Assembly (NCBI GenBank): GCA_010015585.1
Contig: ML975157.1
Source: Eremomyces bilateralis CBS 781.70
Taxonomy: Eukaryota
Direction: 5' to 3' (one strand)
DNA: 64,000 nt
Under the pieces are notes generated by a model that worked only from the letters and a program-made list of their open reading frames with translations, did not search any database and was not told the origin of the DNA. A program made the position numbers and the translations under genes. Position 1 is the stretch's first letter. Each line of letters starts with the position of its first letter. Positions 11,319-21,974 of the stretch are shown piece by piece.

Positions 11319-13361
11319 ATGTCTTCACGATCAACGAAGCGCAGACGCCTCAATGGCGCCGCAAAGCAGTCATCTAAACCTACGACACATGATTCCCTTC
11401 CTGATGAACTTGGCGACCCATCGTTCTCCTTTGCCACGAACCTGTGGAACACCGAACAAGATTACGAACAGCGACCGCGAGCTCTCAAGAAAAAGGACAA
11501 AGCTGCGAGGCTGCCAATCCGGACGGATTCGGGATGGGTAGCCCAACCCAATGCAGAACCAGCTTCCGAAGGCGAATCATCGGATCTGCCAGATGCTGAT
11601 GAAGGAGTGCTGACTGGGTCAGAAGATGAGGAAACCGTTCCGGAGGAGCCAAAGATCCCGTTGAAACAGCTCATATTACAAACGAAGGAGGAATTGGCCA
11701 AGATTGCAAGTCAGATCAACGAAGATCCGGATGAGCACATTGGATCCTTGAAGCCCCTGGCAGCATTAGGAGAGACCGACAATGTACATGTGAAGCGGCT
11801 GGTCCTCGTGGCACAGTTGTCGATATACAAGGATTTGATTCCAGGTTACCGCATACGAGCACTTACTGAGGCCGAACGAAAAGAGAAGGTCACCAAGGAT
11901 ATCAGGAAGTTGCGAGCGTACGAACAGTCGCTCATGTCTGGCTATAAGGCATACATCGACGACTTGACCCGCCTGTCAAGGTCCCAAGCGGCGTCGGACA
12001 CGCCAGCGGGTACGCTTTCCGCCGTGGCTATACACTGCTCGACAATCTTGCTCGTCTCCGTTCCTCATTTCAACTTCCGCTCGGAGCTCATCAGGATCCT
12101 GACCCGGAAAGTAGCCATGATGCGTCAAGATGCGGAATGGTACAAGTGCATAGATGCGTTTGAGCAATTGTTCCGAGAAGACGAGGATGGCCATCAATCG
12201 TTCGAGGCGGTACAGATGCTGAGCAAGATGATCAAAGGGAAGTTCTACGCCGTTCACGAGGAGATCCTCAACACGTTTCTCCATCTACGATTGTTGTCCG
12301 AATTCTCGTCCAAGGCGTCGAACTCCAGGATCGACAAGGAGGACGACGAGGGGAGAATACATGGCAAGAAGCCGAGACAGAAGGAGGTGTTTCGCACAAA
12401 ACGTGAACGGAAGGTGTTGAAACAGCAAAAGACCCTCGATAATGAAATGAAGGAAGCGGACGCTGCCGTCAGTCATGAAGATCGTGACAAGATGCAAGGC
12501 GAAACGCTCAAGATTGTCTTGGGCATCTACTTCCGAATCTTGAAAACGAGAGAATCACGGTTAATGGGTGCGGTTCTTGAAGGGCTCGCACGATATGCGC
12601 ATCTCATCAACCAGGATTTCTTCGGTGATATTCTGGAGGTGTTGCGGGAACTGATCGCTCAGAGAGAGGCTTTGGTTGCTGCGGATGACAACGAAGAAGA
12701 TGAGGAAGAGAAGGCAGTCAGCTCCGCCACGGTAAGAAATACCACCCGAGAGTCGCTGTTGTGCTCGATCACGGCGTTCGCACTCCTCGAAGGCCAAGAT
12801 GCTTCGGCTTCAGCCTCATCTCTTGGACTTGACCTCAGTTTCTTCGTGGGACATCTCTATCGAACCTTGTACCCGGTTTCACTTGATGCAGACATCGAGT
12901 ACAGCTCCAAGTCCTTCCGGCTAGACGACCCCGGTTCCGAAACTCCCTCCCGTCCTCGCAAAGACAAAGTCAACGTCCAAACGACGATTGTCCTGCTCAT
13001 CCGGTGCCTCTCCTCCACCCTCATCCCTGAGACTGCGTTACGCTCCGTGCCGCCCGTTCGCATCGCCGCGTTCGTCAAACAGTTGCTGACCATCTCCCTG
13101 CAATTACCCGAGAAGTCCGCGCTGGCGATGCTCGGTCTGGGGACGCAGATCCTCAAGGCCCATGGACGGAAGATCGCCCCGTTGTGGCACACAGAGGAAC
13201 GCAAAGGTGATGGGGTTTTTGATCCGCTGAAGCCGGAGCTGGAGGCCAGCAATCCGTTTGCGAGTACCGTGTGGGAAGGTGAGATTTTGAGGCACCATTA
13301 CTGTCCGGCTGTGCGGGAAGCGGTCAGCGGTATTGAACGGGAAGCCATTGCGTCGAAGTAG
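11319..13361 (+). CDS. NOC3: Nucleolar complex-associated protein 3 (Noc3, CBF/Mak21 domain)
   Basis: Intronless 680-aa ORF with YKDLIPGYRIR, VPHFNFR, AVLEGLARYAHLINQDFFGD and LRHHYCP. Confidence 0.93.
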   Translation: MSSRSTKRRRLNGAAKQSSKPTTHDSLPDELGDPSFSFATNLWNTEQDYEQRPRALKKKDKAARLPIRTDSGWVAQPNAEPASEGESSDLPDADEGVLTGSEDEETVPEEPKIPLKQLILQTKEELAKIASQINEDPDEHIGSLKPLAALGETDNVHVKRLVLVAQLSIYKDLIPGYRIRALTEAERKEKVTKDIRKLRAYEQSLMSGYKAYIDDLTRLSRSQAASDTPAGTLSAVAIHCSTILLVSVPHFNFRSELIRILTRKVAMMRQDAEWYKCIDAFEQLFREDEDGHQSFEAVQMLSKMIKGKFYAVHEEILNTFLHLRLLSEFSSKASNSRIDKEDDEGRIHGKKPRQKEVFRTKRERKVLKQQKTLDNEMKEADAAVSHEDRDKMQGETLKIVLGIYFRILKTRESRLMGAVLEGLARYAHLINQDFFGDILEVLRELIAQREALVAADDNEEDEEEKAVSSATVRNTTRESLLCSITAFALLEGQDASASASSLGLDLSFFVGHLYRTLYPVSLDADIEYSSKSFRLDDPGSETPSRPRKDKVNVQTTIVLLIRCLSSTLIPETALRSVPPVRIAAFVKQLLTISLQLPEKSALAMLGLGTQILKAHGRKIAPLWHTEERKGDGVFDPLKPELEASNPFASTVWEGEILRHHYCPAVREAVSGIEREAIASK

Positions 13362-14226
13362 ATCATTTTTGTTAGACAAGCGAGTCGCCTGCGATAGTAT
13401 TCAACCAGGCCCTAAATCCGGCTGTACTGTCTTAGCCGATATGCCATGCACATACATTAGTCTGGAGTAATCTCATAAAAGGCTCCAATTACGGCTTTTC
13501 GGTTCAATTGTGTCCTGGTGGAATTCAATCCCGTCCCCACATCTCGCAATCCTTCTGTTCCTTCACGTGTTGTCAAAATCGAATTCTGCGGAGCCCCCTT
13601 GGGTCGAGGCGATACGTCCGTATCGTCGGTCTCTCTATTTTGAAGCTCCGATATGATTTTCATGTCAACGCATATATAATTCATACTTATGCTAGCTCTC
13701 CGATTATCGGCAGCGCCTGTCGCGCGGAAACGAACTTTCTTGAGATATTGTTTTTGATATTAAATGGCAGCTTTGTTCGAGCTTCATCACTCACCATATC
13801 ACGTCAACGTCGTATAATCCATGAAAACACGTCTTCATCTTGCGGAGTACCTGATGACGCCGATCCATGTTCCGTATACACTTACAGACCCAACATTCTT
13901 CCTCGTCATCCCAATGGTGGAAGAACCTCAGCGCTCTGCCAGGCACCATCTGGATGCGGGTAGGGATCAACACAGACCAGGTTTAATATCCGGGAAATTT
14001 CAACGAGGAGAGTTCCAGGGTACATCCGAGTTCGAAGCTCTAATCCTCTCCGGAAGAAATTGAATTGAAACGAAATTGAGTAAAGTTGTATAATAGTTTG
14101 CGGGTTCGTCATGGATGCCAGCATCTCCTTGCCTCAAATTCCTCCCGCGTCCTTTCATTTTCCTCTCCTCGAGCAGCAAGTCAGTCTTTCAATTGCGCTC
14201 TTGTCGTGTCAGAGAACGTCGTCAAT

Positions 14227-15485
14227 ATGAAAACAAGTCAATTAGTGTCGCTGTGCCTGGTGGCACTTACCAGCTGGAGTGTCGCCCATCCACAGGGTAA
14301 AGGTAACGGCCATGGGGAACATGGAGATGATGGAGGCCACGGAGGCCACGGAGGCGACGGAGGCCATGGAGATGGAGAACGATATCCACTCGTTGGGTTT
14401 GGGAAGGACAATCCTCTTGGCGAGACCACAGGAGGAGCAGGGGGACCAACGGTCACCGTCTCCACGGAAGAAGCATTGAGATCTGCGGTGGCGGTGAGTG
14501 GTGCTCCAAGCGCAACACTCCCTCTTAAGTCTTAACTGATCTTGTCCAGGGTGACGACAAGAAGGTCGTTTTGGTGAAGGGACATTACAACCTCACCGAG
14601 CGCCTCAAGGTCGGATCAAACAAGTCCATTCTTGGCCATGGGCGTGGAGCCTCGATCGTCAATGCCGGTATTACTGTGAACGGCCAAACCAATGTCATTA
14701 TCCGGAACTTGAAAGTTGGGCACGTTCCAGATAATGACGATGTCACTATCCAGAATACCACCCGAGTCTGGGTCGACCACTGCGAGTTTGAATCCAGGAT
14801 CTCACCCGAAATTGGACCTGATTTCTACGTACGTCTGGTCATCTAGCTTCTACAGCGAACCCCACTAACAGCCACACCAGGACGGCCAACTCGACATCGT
14901 CCGCGCCTCCGACTGGATCACCGTAAGCTGGACCTACTTCCACGACCACTGGAAGTCCTCTTTGATCGGCAACGCGGATAATCTCCGCGACGTCGACTTC
15001 GGCCACCTTCACATCACGTACCACCACAACTACTGGAGGAATTCCGGCACCCGCGGCCCCGCGGGCCGGTTCGGGCACCAGCACGTGTACAACAATCTGT
15101 ACGAGGACTTCCTGTACCAGGCGATCCACTCGCGGTCGGACAATCAGGTGCTGGTGGAGGGGAACGTGTTCACGGGGAAGACGAAGGAGGCGTTGAGCAC
15201 GTATGGACTGGTGATTCCGGCCGACAGCCCGAACACCAGCCCCGACGGTGATCCGGAGATTGATGGGTTTGCGAATCTGGGCGCAGGTGAGTGGATCCAC
15301 TCCGTTCAAATGGATTTCTAGTGATATAGGTGACTGATCAAATGATAGAGAACGACTTCGGTACCGCGACGACTAACATTACGCAAACGGGAAATTTCAC
15401 CAAAGCTCCGTACGAGTATAAACTGACGGAATTGAAAGCTGTGGCGTGGACAGTGAAGGCTGGCGTTGGTCTCGGGAAGATATAA
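14227..15485 (+). CDS. Secreted pectate lyase, polysaccharide lyase family 1, 4 exons
   Basis: Signal peptide, then TTGGAGG, VGSNKSILG, NVIIRNL, RVWVDH, DGQLDI, RGPAGRFG and NQVLVEGNVF. Ends AGVGLGKI*. Confidence 0.92.
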
Positions 15486-15668
15486 GTGTGAGAGATAATA
15501 GTTGAGCGCTGTATACGGAACGAGACGAGGACGCAAATATTCCTTTCTTAATGCTTCCAAAAGCTATCACTGTGTATATGAGCTTTGCCAACCAAATATG
15601 ACGCGTTGATCATAGTCCCAAACTCAGCCTCTGCTTGGTCTTTTCGCTTTGAACATTGTAGTTATATG

Positions 15669-17737
15669 TCACGAATCCCCTTGTAACCTTCTCATCCTTT
15701 CCTCCGCAGCCCTCGCCCTCCTCTCCCGCTCCACCCTCATCCTCATCTGCGCATCCATTCCCCTCATCTCCTCCTCCCTCCTCTCCTGCCCAGACTGATT
15801 CCTCCCCGCCGCAATCTTCCCCACTGCCTTCCCCGCCACCGTCGACCCCCTCCCCCACCGCGCCCCCTCCCTCTCCCTCTCCCGCCTCCCCTCCTCCTCC
15901 CGCTCCTGCTCAATCCGATCCATCTCCACCTTTCGCCGCTCCGTTTCCTCTGCCTCTGCCTCCGCCTTCTCCCGCGCCACCTGTGCTACCACCTCGGCTT
16001 TCGACAGCGGAGCGCCCACCGCCGCGGCGTCCCAGTTCCATTTCGTCTCGCCGATCTCGGCGCGTGCGATCCGAAAGGCGTCTTTGGTAGCGCGATCACT
16101 GGCGAGTTGGGCGGCGGTTTTGCCGTCGGCGTTGCGGGTGGTGGGGTTCGAGTTGCCTTTGACGAGGAGGGCTGATACGATGGCGGGGATGGAGAGCTTG
16201 GAGGCGAGGTGGAGCGGTGCGGCGAGGGAAGCGCGCTGGTGGGATGGGATGCCGGGGATGGCGACGTCGGGGTGGAGGTTGTAATCCGCGTCGAGAGAAT
16301 TGGATGAGAGATAGGATAGTAGAGCAGGCGCGCGTGCACGACGAATCAATGACGCGATCTGTGTCGTGTGATGCATCTGCATCTGCTCTTCTTCTGACAA
16401 CACCTTTTTCTCCGGTGCCGGCTTCCTCGACGGTGACTGTTTCCGTTGCGGCGCACCGAGCCCCGCCAACTGGTCCCGATGGGGTTCCTCCTCCACTTTC
16501 GCCACTTTCGCTTTTGTCACCTCCACGAACGCCCGCATCAACTCCCCCTGCGTCGCCCTCCGCGTACTAAACGGAAACCCACGTATCCTCGGATCATCCC
16601 TCCGGATCGCCTGCCCATGATGCTCCCCGAACAGCGTCGCGCGATTCGCCGTCCCCGCCGCGCGCACGAACAGCAGCTCCGCCGCATCGATCATCGGCTT
16701 CCACTCGACCAGCAGCGCGCGTATCTCGGCGATCAGCGCCGCTTCGTTGTAGCGGCGCAGCGAGGACCCGGCAGAGTGCGCTGCGCCTTTCGCGGCGTCG
16801 TTGGAGGATTGCCCGCCGCCTTGTTTGCGGCGCGTCGTGTACCGGTGGAAGGTCTTGTGCGCGAGGACGGTTGCGTGGCGGTCGGGGGCGCCGGTGTGGG
16901 TTTTGGCGCCGCTGGGCTTGGGGCGGAGGGACACGACCATGCCGGCGAAGTGGCCGCCGCCGATCATGCAGAGGAAATAGGTGGGAGAGTCGGCAGAGGA
17001 CGGGGTAGCTGAGGATTTCGGTTTTTTGGGCGGAAGTTTTGGCTCCAGTTGCTTTCGGCGGATGGTGTCGACTAGATGTGAGGGCTCATCTTGCTCAGCC
17101 TGGCTGAAAACAGCTCTATAGACGCTGAGCTTGGTGTCCGCTGGTAGAATCTTGCTCGAAAACCATATCACTGGCTGTTTCCCTAACCGTACGGTATGAT
17201 TCGTGGAGTCCTCGCTGCTCTCGGGTGATATCTTCGCCTGTTTCTTTAACAACAGACTCAAATTATCCCGCGTCTTGTCCGCCTCCTCTTGCTCTTCTGC
17301 ATCCGACTCATCGGACTCGCTTCCCGATATGCTTTCGTCCAAATCCCCGATTAATCGGTCGAATTCCGCCTCCGTGATAGCAGGCTGGGCTTTGATTTTG
17401 CGCTTGAGATTATATCGATGATAGTCCGACCGAACATGTTCGCGTTGTTCCTGTAGATTAGCGAACGTCTGGCTGCAGAGTCCACATGATGTGGATTTGA
17501 TTGTTTGGTCTGCCGCCTCCGATTTCAAGGGATCTGCTTTGGGTTTCGGGTGATATTCTGTCGTCGGTGATACTGCTGTGTATGTGGACGCCAAGGTCAA
17601 CGTCTCAAGGAGCTCCTTCGGTAGATCAAACACTGGACAGAGTTAGCAACGAACATGTCCAACAGGCCATGAGAGACTGAACGGTAGAGGTGGCGCCGGA
17701 CCAAATCGTCCTGCCTGGAACTTTGCGGTGACGCCAT
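15669..17737 (-). CDS. VMS1: Vms1/ANKZF1 ribosome quality-control factor (C2H2 finger, VLRF1 domain, ankyrin-like region, coiled coil, VIM)
   Basis: CGLC...HVRSDYHRYNLK, GGGHFAG, HKTFHRYTTRRKQGGGQS, AHSAGSSLRRYNE, PFSTRRAT and C-terminal RERRARAAEERM. A short first exon (ATG 17737) is spliced to LFDLP. Confidence 0.93.
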
Positions 17738-18287
17738 AGGAAAATCCGCTCAATGATCAGGGTGAAAATTTAGCTGAATACACATGTAGATGATTGTTTA
17801 TAAAGTACGCAAATTCTAGCCTTAGAGGAGATATGGGAGAGTGAGTCCAGACAATTCTTCGACGTTGCCGAACACATTCTGGGACACCGGCATGTGGGAA
17901 TGACTCAGACGTTGATCGACATCAGGAACACATGAGTCAGCTGTGGATCTAGCGGCGCTGTTTCCGAACATGACGTCGTTACATGAAATGTCGCCAGCCA
18001 TTGTAAGCAGCTGTCTATTGCGATGAAGATGGCATACAAAGGACACATTAGCAAAATATAGGCAATTAAGAAGTAGCGGTGTCAATAGTGGTTGTATTGT
18101 ATTTTGCTATATTGCTCTCCGTGGTAGCAACTCCTTCCAGACCGGATCTGAAGGTCTCGACATTGTTTGTCGAGGGGGTATCTCAATCCAATAATGGGCA
18201 GCTTCCTCTTCTCCCCTCGCTGAAATCCTATCGGCATACCAGTCTGTTTATCCTGGTATAACCGCAAATAACTCCCCAGCCCGCCCA

Positions 18288-19700
18288 CTAGACATGTGAA
18301 CCCACCGCACCGGACACACTTGCCTTCCTTGGAGCCAACGGCTGAGGTGCAATCTGCCTCGACGCCCCTCCTCCCGAGCTCATCCCCACGCTCGGCCGCC
18401 GCGACTGGCTATCATAAACACTCCCCGTGCCCGACGCTGCTTCATTCACACCCGCCTGTCCCCCGTCGTTTTCGTCGTCCCGGGCCGTGTTGAAGAGCGT
18501 GGACCCTCGCGCGCCACCCAGGGCGTTGATCAGCATTTCTTTGACGCGGTTGTATTGATATTTCCGCTTCATGTCGACGATGGCGGGTTGGTAGATCGGA
18601 CGGGGGTGGGCGCGGCGGAAGGCGTTGAGGACGGCTTCCTTCTCTTCGTCGGAGTCGACGGGGCCTTGGTTGTCGAACTCGTCGGCGAGAGGGGCGTTGG
18701 CATCCATCGCGGCCCCTAAATTGGTTGTCAGTGATGCGAGAGTAATAGTCGACGGAAACCAAAACTCACGTTGCTGCTTGGCCTGGTTCTTCTTCTGGTA
18801 TTGGGCGAGAAGCATATCATACGGCATGCTCCGACCCGTCACGCCCCGCTTGGCACCCATCGAATGGCTCTTACACGTGAGACTCCTCGCACACTGCGCA
18901 CCGTTGGGCAGGATAACGCCGCACTGCTTTTCGACATCGACAGGCTGCTTCGGCTTCGGCACCTTGGCCTTGGGCTCGTCCTTTTTCTTCTTCTTGGAGT
19001 TGGGCCCCTTGTCGGCATCCCCGTCCGCCTTCCGCTTCTTCCCCTTCTTCGCTCCAGATTCGTCAGCATTGGCCTTGACCGCGCTTTTCCGGGCGCCTTT
19101 CCCTTTCTCACCGGCATCGTCGTCTTCGCCTTTCTCCTTGCGGGCCGCGGCGTCCTTGGCTTCCTTGGCTTCCTTCTTCCGTTGCTGTTTTTCTTGCTTC
19201 TTTTTTAGGCAGTCGCGGATGTGGGCAGGGGCGAAGAGTCGGGCGACGGGTTTCTTGCAGTGTTTGCATTGGACGATGTCGGGGGTGTCATCCAAAGGTC
19301 TGCCATTGGGAAAGGCGGCCAGCGTACGATCATCTGGAGGGTTTATGAAAGGGGAGGTTGCTCGGCTGGCGTCAGACTTCTTGCTTGCAGGTTCTAGATA
19401 GCCCGAAGTAAGCACACATCCATAGCCTAGAGTAATATCGGAGTGTCTTGGACATACCAATGATTTCAGTATCCTTCCAGTTCCCTGGTTTTGTCTGTTT
19501 TGGAGCAGGTTTCTTGATCTTCAGGTCCTTCACTGGCTTCTTATCATCGTCCGTAAAGAGCCTGTCGTAGATTGATGGGTCGACGAGTCCATGTCCCGGA
19601 TACCTGGGTGCGGTGTTGGCTGGAGCTGCAATATGTCAATACGTTTCTCATGTCGGTGGGTAGTTGCGAAGGTACCTTTCTTGGCTCCGCCTGAAGACAT
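18288..19700 (-). CDS. SGF73: SAGA deubiquitination-module subunit Sgf73/ataxin-7 (SCA7 domain), multi-exon
   Basis: N-terminal Zn finger CKHCKKP...HIRDC and SCA7 domain VDVEKQCGV..PNGAQCARSLTCKSHSMGAKR. Upstream exons encode MSSGGAKK and KKPAPKQTKPGNWKD. Confidence 0.9.
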
Positions 19701-20175
19701 TGTAGAGGCAAAAGGTAGCAGACAAACCCCGTTGAAATGGCTTAGTTGGACAGGAGCTAGAGTCCGATATGGCGTGTCGAACGAATAGTAAGACGAAGAA
19801 GTGGGATTGGCGGTGATGGACTGGATGGCGATTCGGTTGTATGGGGTGTGCCGTAGTGGACTCCTAAGGTTGTGGGGTGCAGAGCCTCGAACAGTTAGGG
19901 GACCAGTGTAGGAGGGAGGAGGATTGGAATTCGTATGGGGACGGGTCGGGTAGATAGAGAGTCCTCCAAATTGAATAACTAGCGGATCCTCCAAAAGTCA
20001 AATCTAAGGCGGTTATGGTAAAAGTCGGAATATCACCAGAAATACCAGGAGGCGGAGGACGAAAAGTGACGAAGTATTTACGGCGGAGATGTTGCACTGG
20101 ACCGAAAGTGACAATGGGCAGATTTGGTGAGAGACGCCCGCATACGCCGAGAGATGCACGTGACTGGCTTCTCGA

Positions 20176-20212
20176 ATTTGCACGTGACAGACACCATCTG
20201 TCACGTGCAAAT
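20176..20212. repeat. Perfect 16-bp inverted repeat (5-nt loop), each arm carrying a CACGTGAC E-box
   Basis: ATTTGCACGTGACAGA-cacca-TCTGTCACGTGCAAAT. A third GCACGTGAC lies at about 20156-20164. Confidence 0.85.
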
Positions 20213-20689
20213 GGTGCCTTGGTGCCTTGGTGCCTCATCCTTATAACCATAACTGTAACTGTAACGTGTAGTTAACAGTCAAGTAACGTAACATAATCTG
20301 ATGTGAATCCCAGCCCCAGTCCTGCCTTCAGTTCAATATTCATTTGCCTATCTCATGAGGTATCTCCTATTATATTCGGAATTCAGGATGCCATTCTACA
20401 GGGAGATACTTGCATAAAGTGTCTGCCTGCGACCCAACCTCAAAACCTCTACGTGTTGTGCGTCTGTGTGCATCTCGTGCATCTTGCGCATCTTATGTAT
20501 CGTGTGCATCTGATATATTTTGTATGTCTTAGTTATGTATCTTTGGATTTTAGAATTCCTCACTTTCAGACCTCAAGTCCGTTGATGGATTGTTAACCCC
20601 ATCACTGAACCAGGAGCCCCTACAACGTACTGTGCAAGCATATTTTGGCTTTACTCCCGAAGGCAAATTCGGAACGCTGGGAACACTGG

Positions 20690-21501
20690 ACTGGAGCCTT
20701 CCAGCGATCTGGAATAAACACGACCGTTAAATTCATACCATCTATGGCCTAATGCCTGGAACCTACAGGACTTCTTTGGGCAACCTGGATATACTGCCTC
20801 TGGAGATCAACACGATCATCTCCGCTCTTGATATATCTAGTGTCAAAGGGTTGAAAGCTACCAACAGACACGCTTTTGATGTTATTCATTCCCATCCACT
20901 GTTCAAATTCATTGATTCCAAGGCCCAAAACGTTCTCCGTGACCTCCGAGCGAGCAAGGCAGCTGACAGAATCACTTCAAGGATTATTTGATAAGCTCAG
21001 CGAATGCACATGCTACGAATGCGGCGACTTTAGAGGGTACATATATCTCTTCGCCTTTGAGCGACTCTGTTATTGCTGCGTGAACGACAAGGGCAACAGT
21101 CTTTTCGATCAGCAGAAATACCTCCCGCTTCTACCATCTTATACGGTGATAGAGTCTGGGCAGACTCTGGATGCCCTGGACACTCTACCACCAATTTAGG
21201 GCTACCCGGGATCCTATGGGTTCAACCGCTTTTATACGGAAAAGGGTAATGGTCCACTGGTTGATCACGCATCGATATGCAATGCCGGGATCACGGTTCA
21301 CGGCTCCATATAGGTCATGTATGATTACGCCTTGAACCGCGATCCCGCGGACGTGAGGTCGTGCAGAAAAATGGTCAGACTGCGTGAAAAGCAGGCGGTT
21401 ACACAAATCATGGCACGGAGCGTCGCACGTCATCTGACGGAGTGGAAACTCATAGAGAAAATGCTCAGTTGGGAACTCCGAAAAATATATCGAGTTTTCT
21501 A
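20690..21501 (+). pseudogene. Decayed F-box-like protein gene
   Basis: F-box-like LGNLDILPLEI...LDISSV..LKATNR (20752-20991) shifts frame into CYECGDFRGYIYLFAFERLCYCC (20876-21199). Internal stops are present near 20730 and at 21197. Confidence 0.6.
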
Positions 21502-21974
21502 AGAGGCTGTCTGCACTGCACAGGCTCCTGACCTCTAGTATGGATCTTAAGATACTATGAGCCCCCTTGTTTTGTGCTGGAAACACTGAAGCTAATTCTT
21601 GAAAAGGGGATTATGCAACCACCCTTTCAGTTTGTGGCCCACAGCACCTCGCCTTGGCAGTATTTGCACGGATATCGAAATGGAACTCATCCGACGCCGC
21701 AACATAATCCAAGCACTCAAGTCTCAAACCGAAGCCATCCCTTCCAGTTTCTACACTTTCCATCCCATCACAGATACGGTGCTGCCTGCCCAAGTTCACG
21801 AAGATGGCGCTTCTTGTTTTACCCTCGGAATTTGTGGCCGCCATCATGAAAGATGTACTGGACACGATTGGGCTGCGTGAAGGCACCAAACTCCGAGTGG
21901 TCTGTAGTCAGTCCACTTTCATTTTCGTCTACTTCAACCCCTACTAAAATTGAAAAGGACAATTCAATGTATTC

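Noticed and set aside
20455..20545. Degenerate 9-bp tandem repeat (GTGCATCTY) as a CRISPR-like array
   Set aside because: A simple eroded minisatellite with no spacers, in a eukaryotic context.
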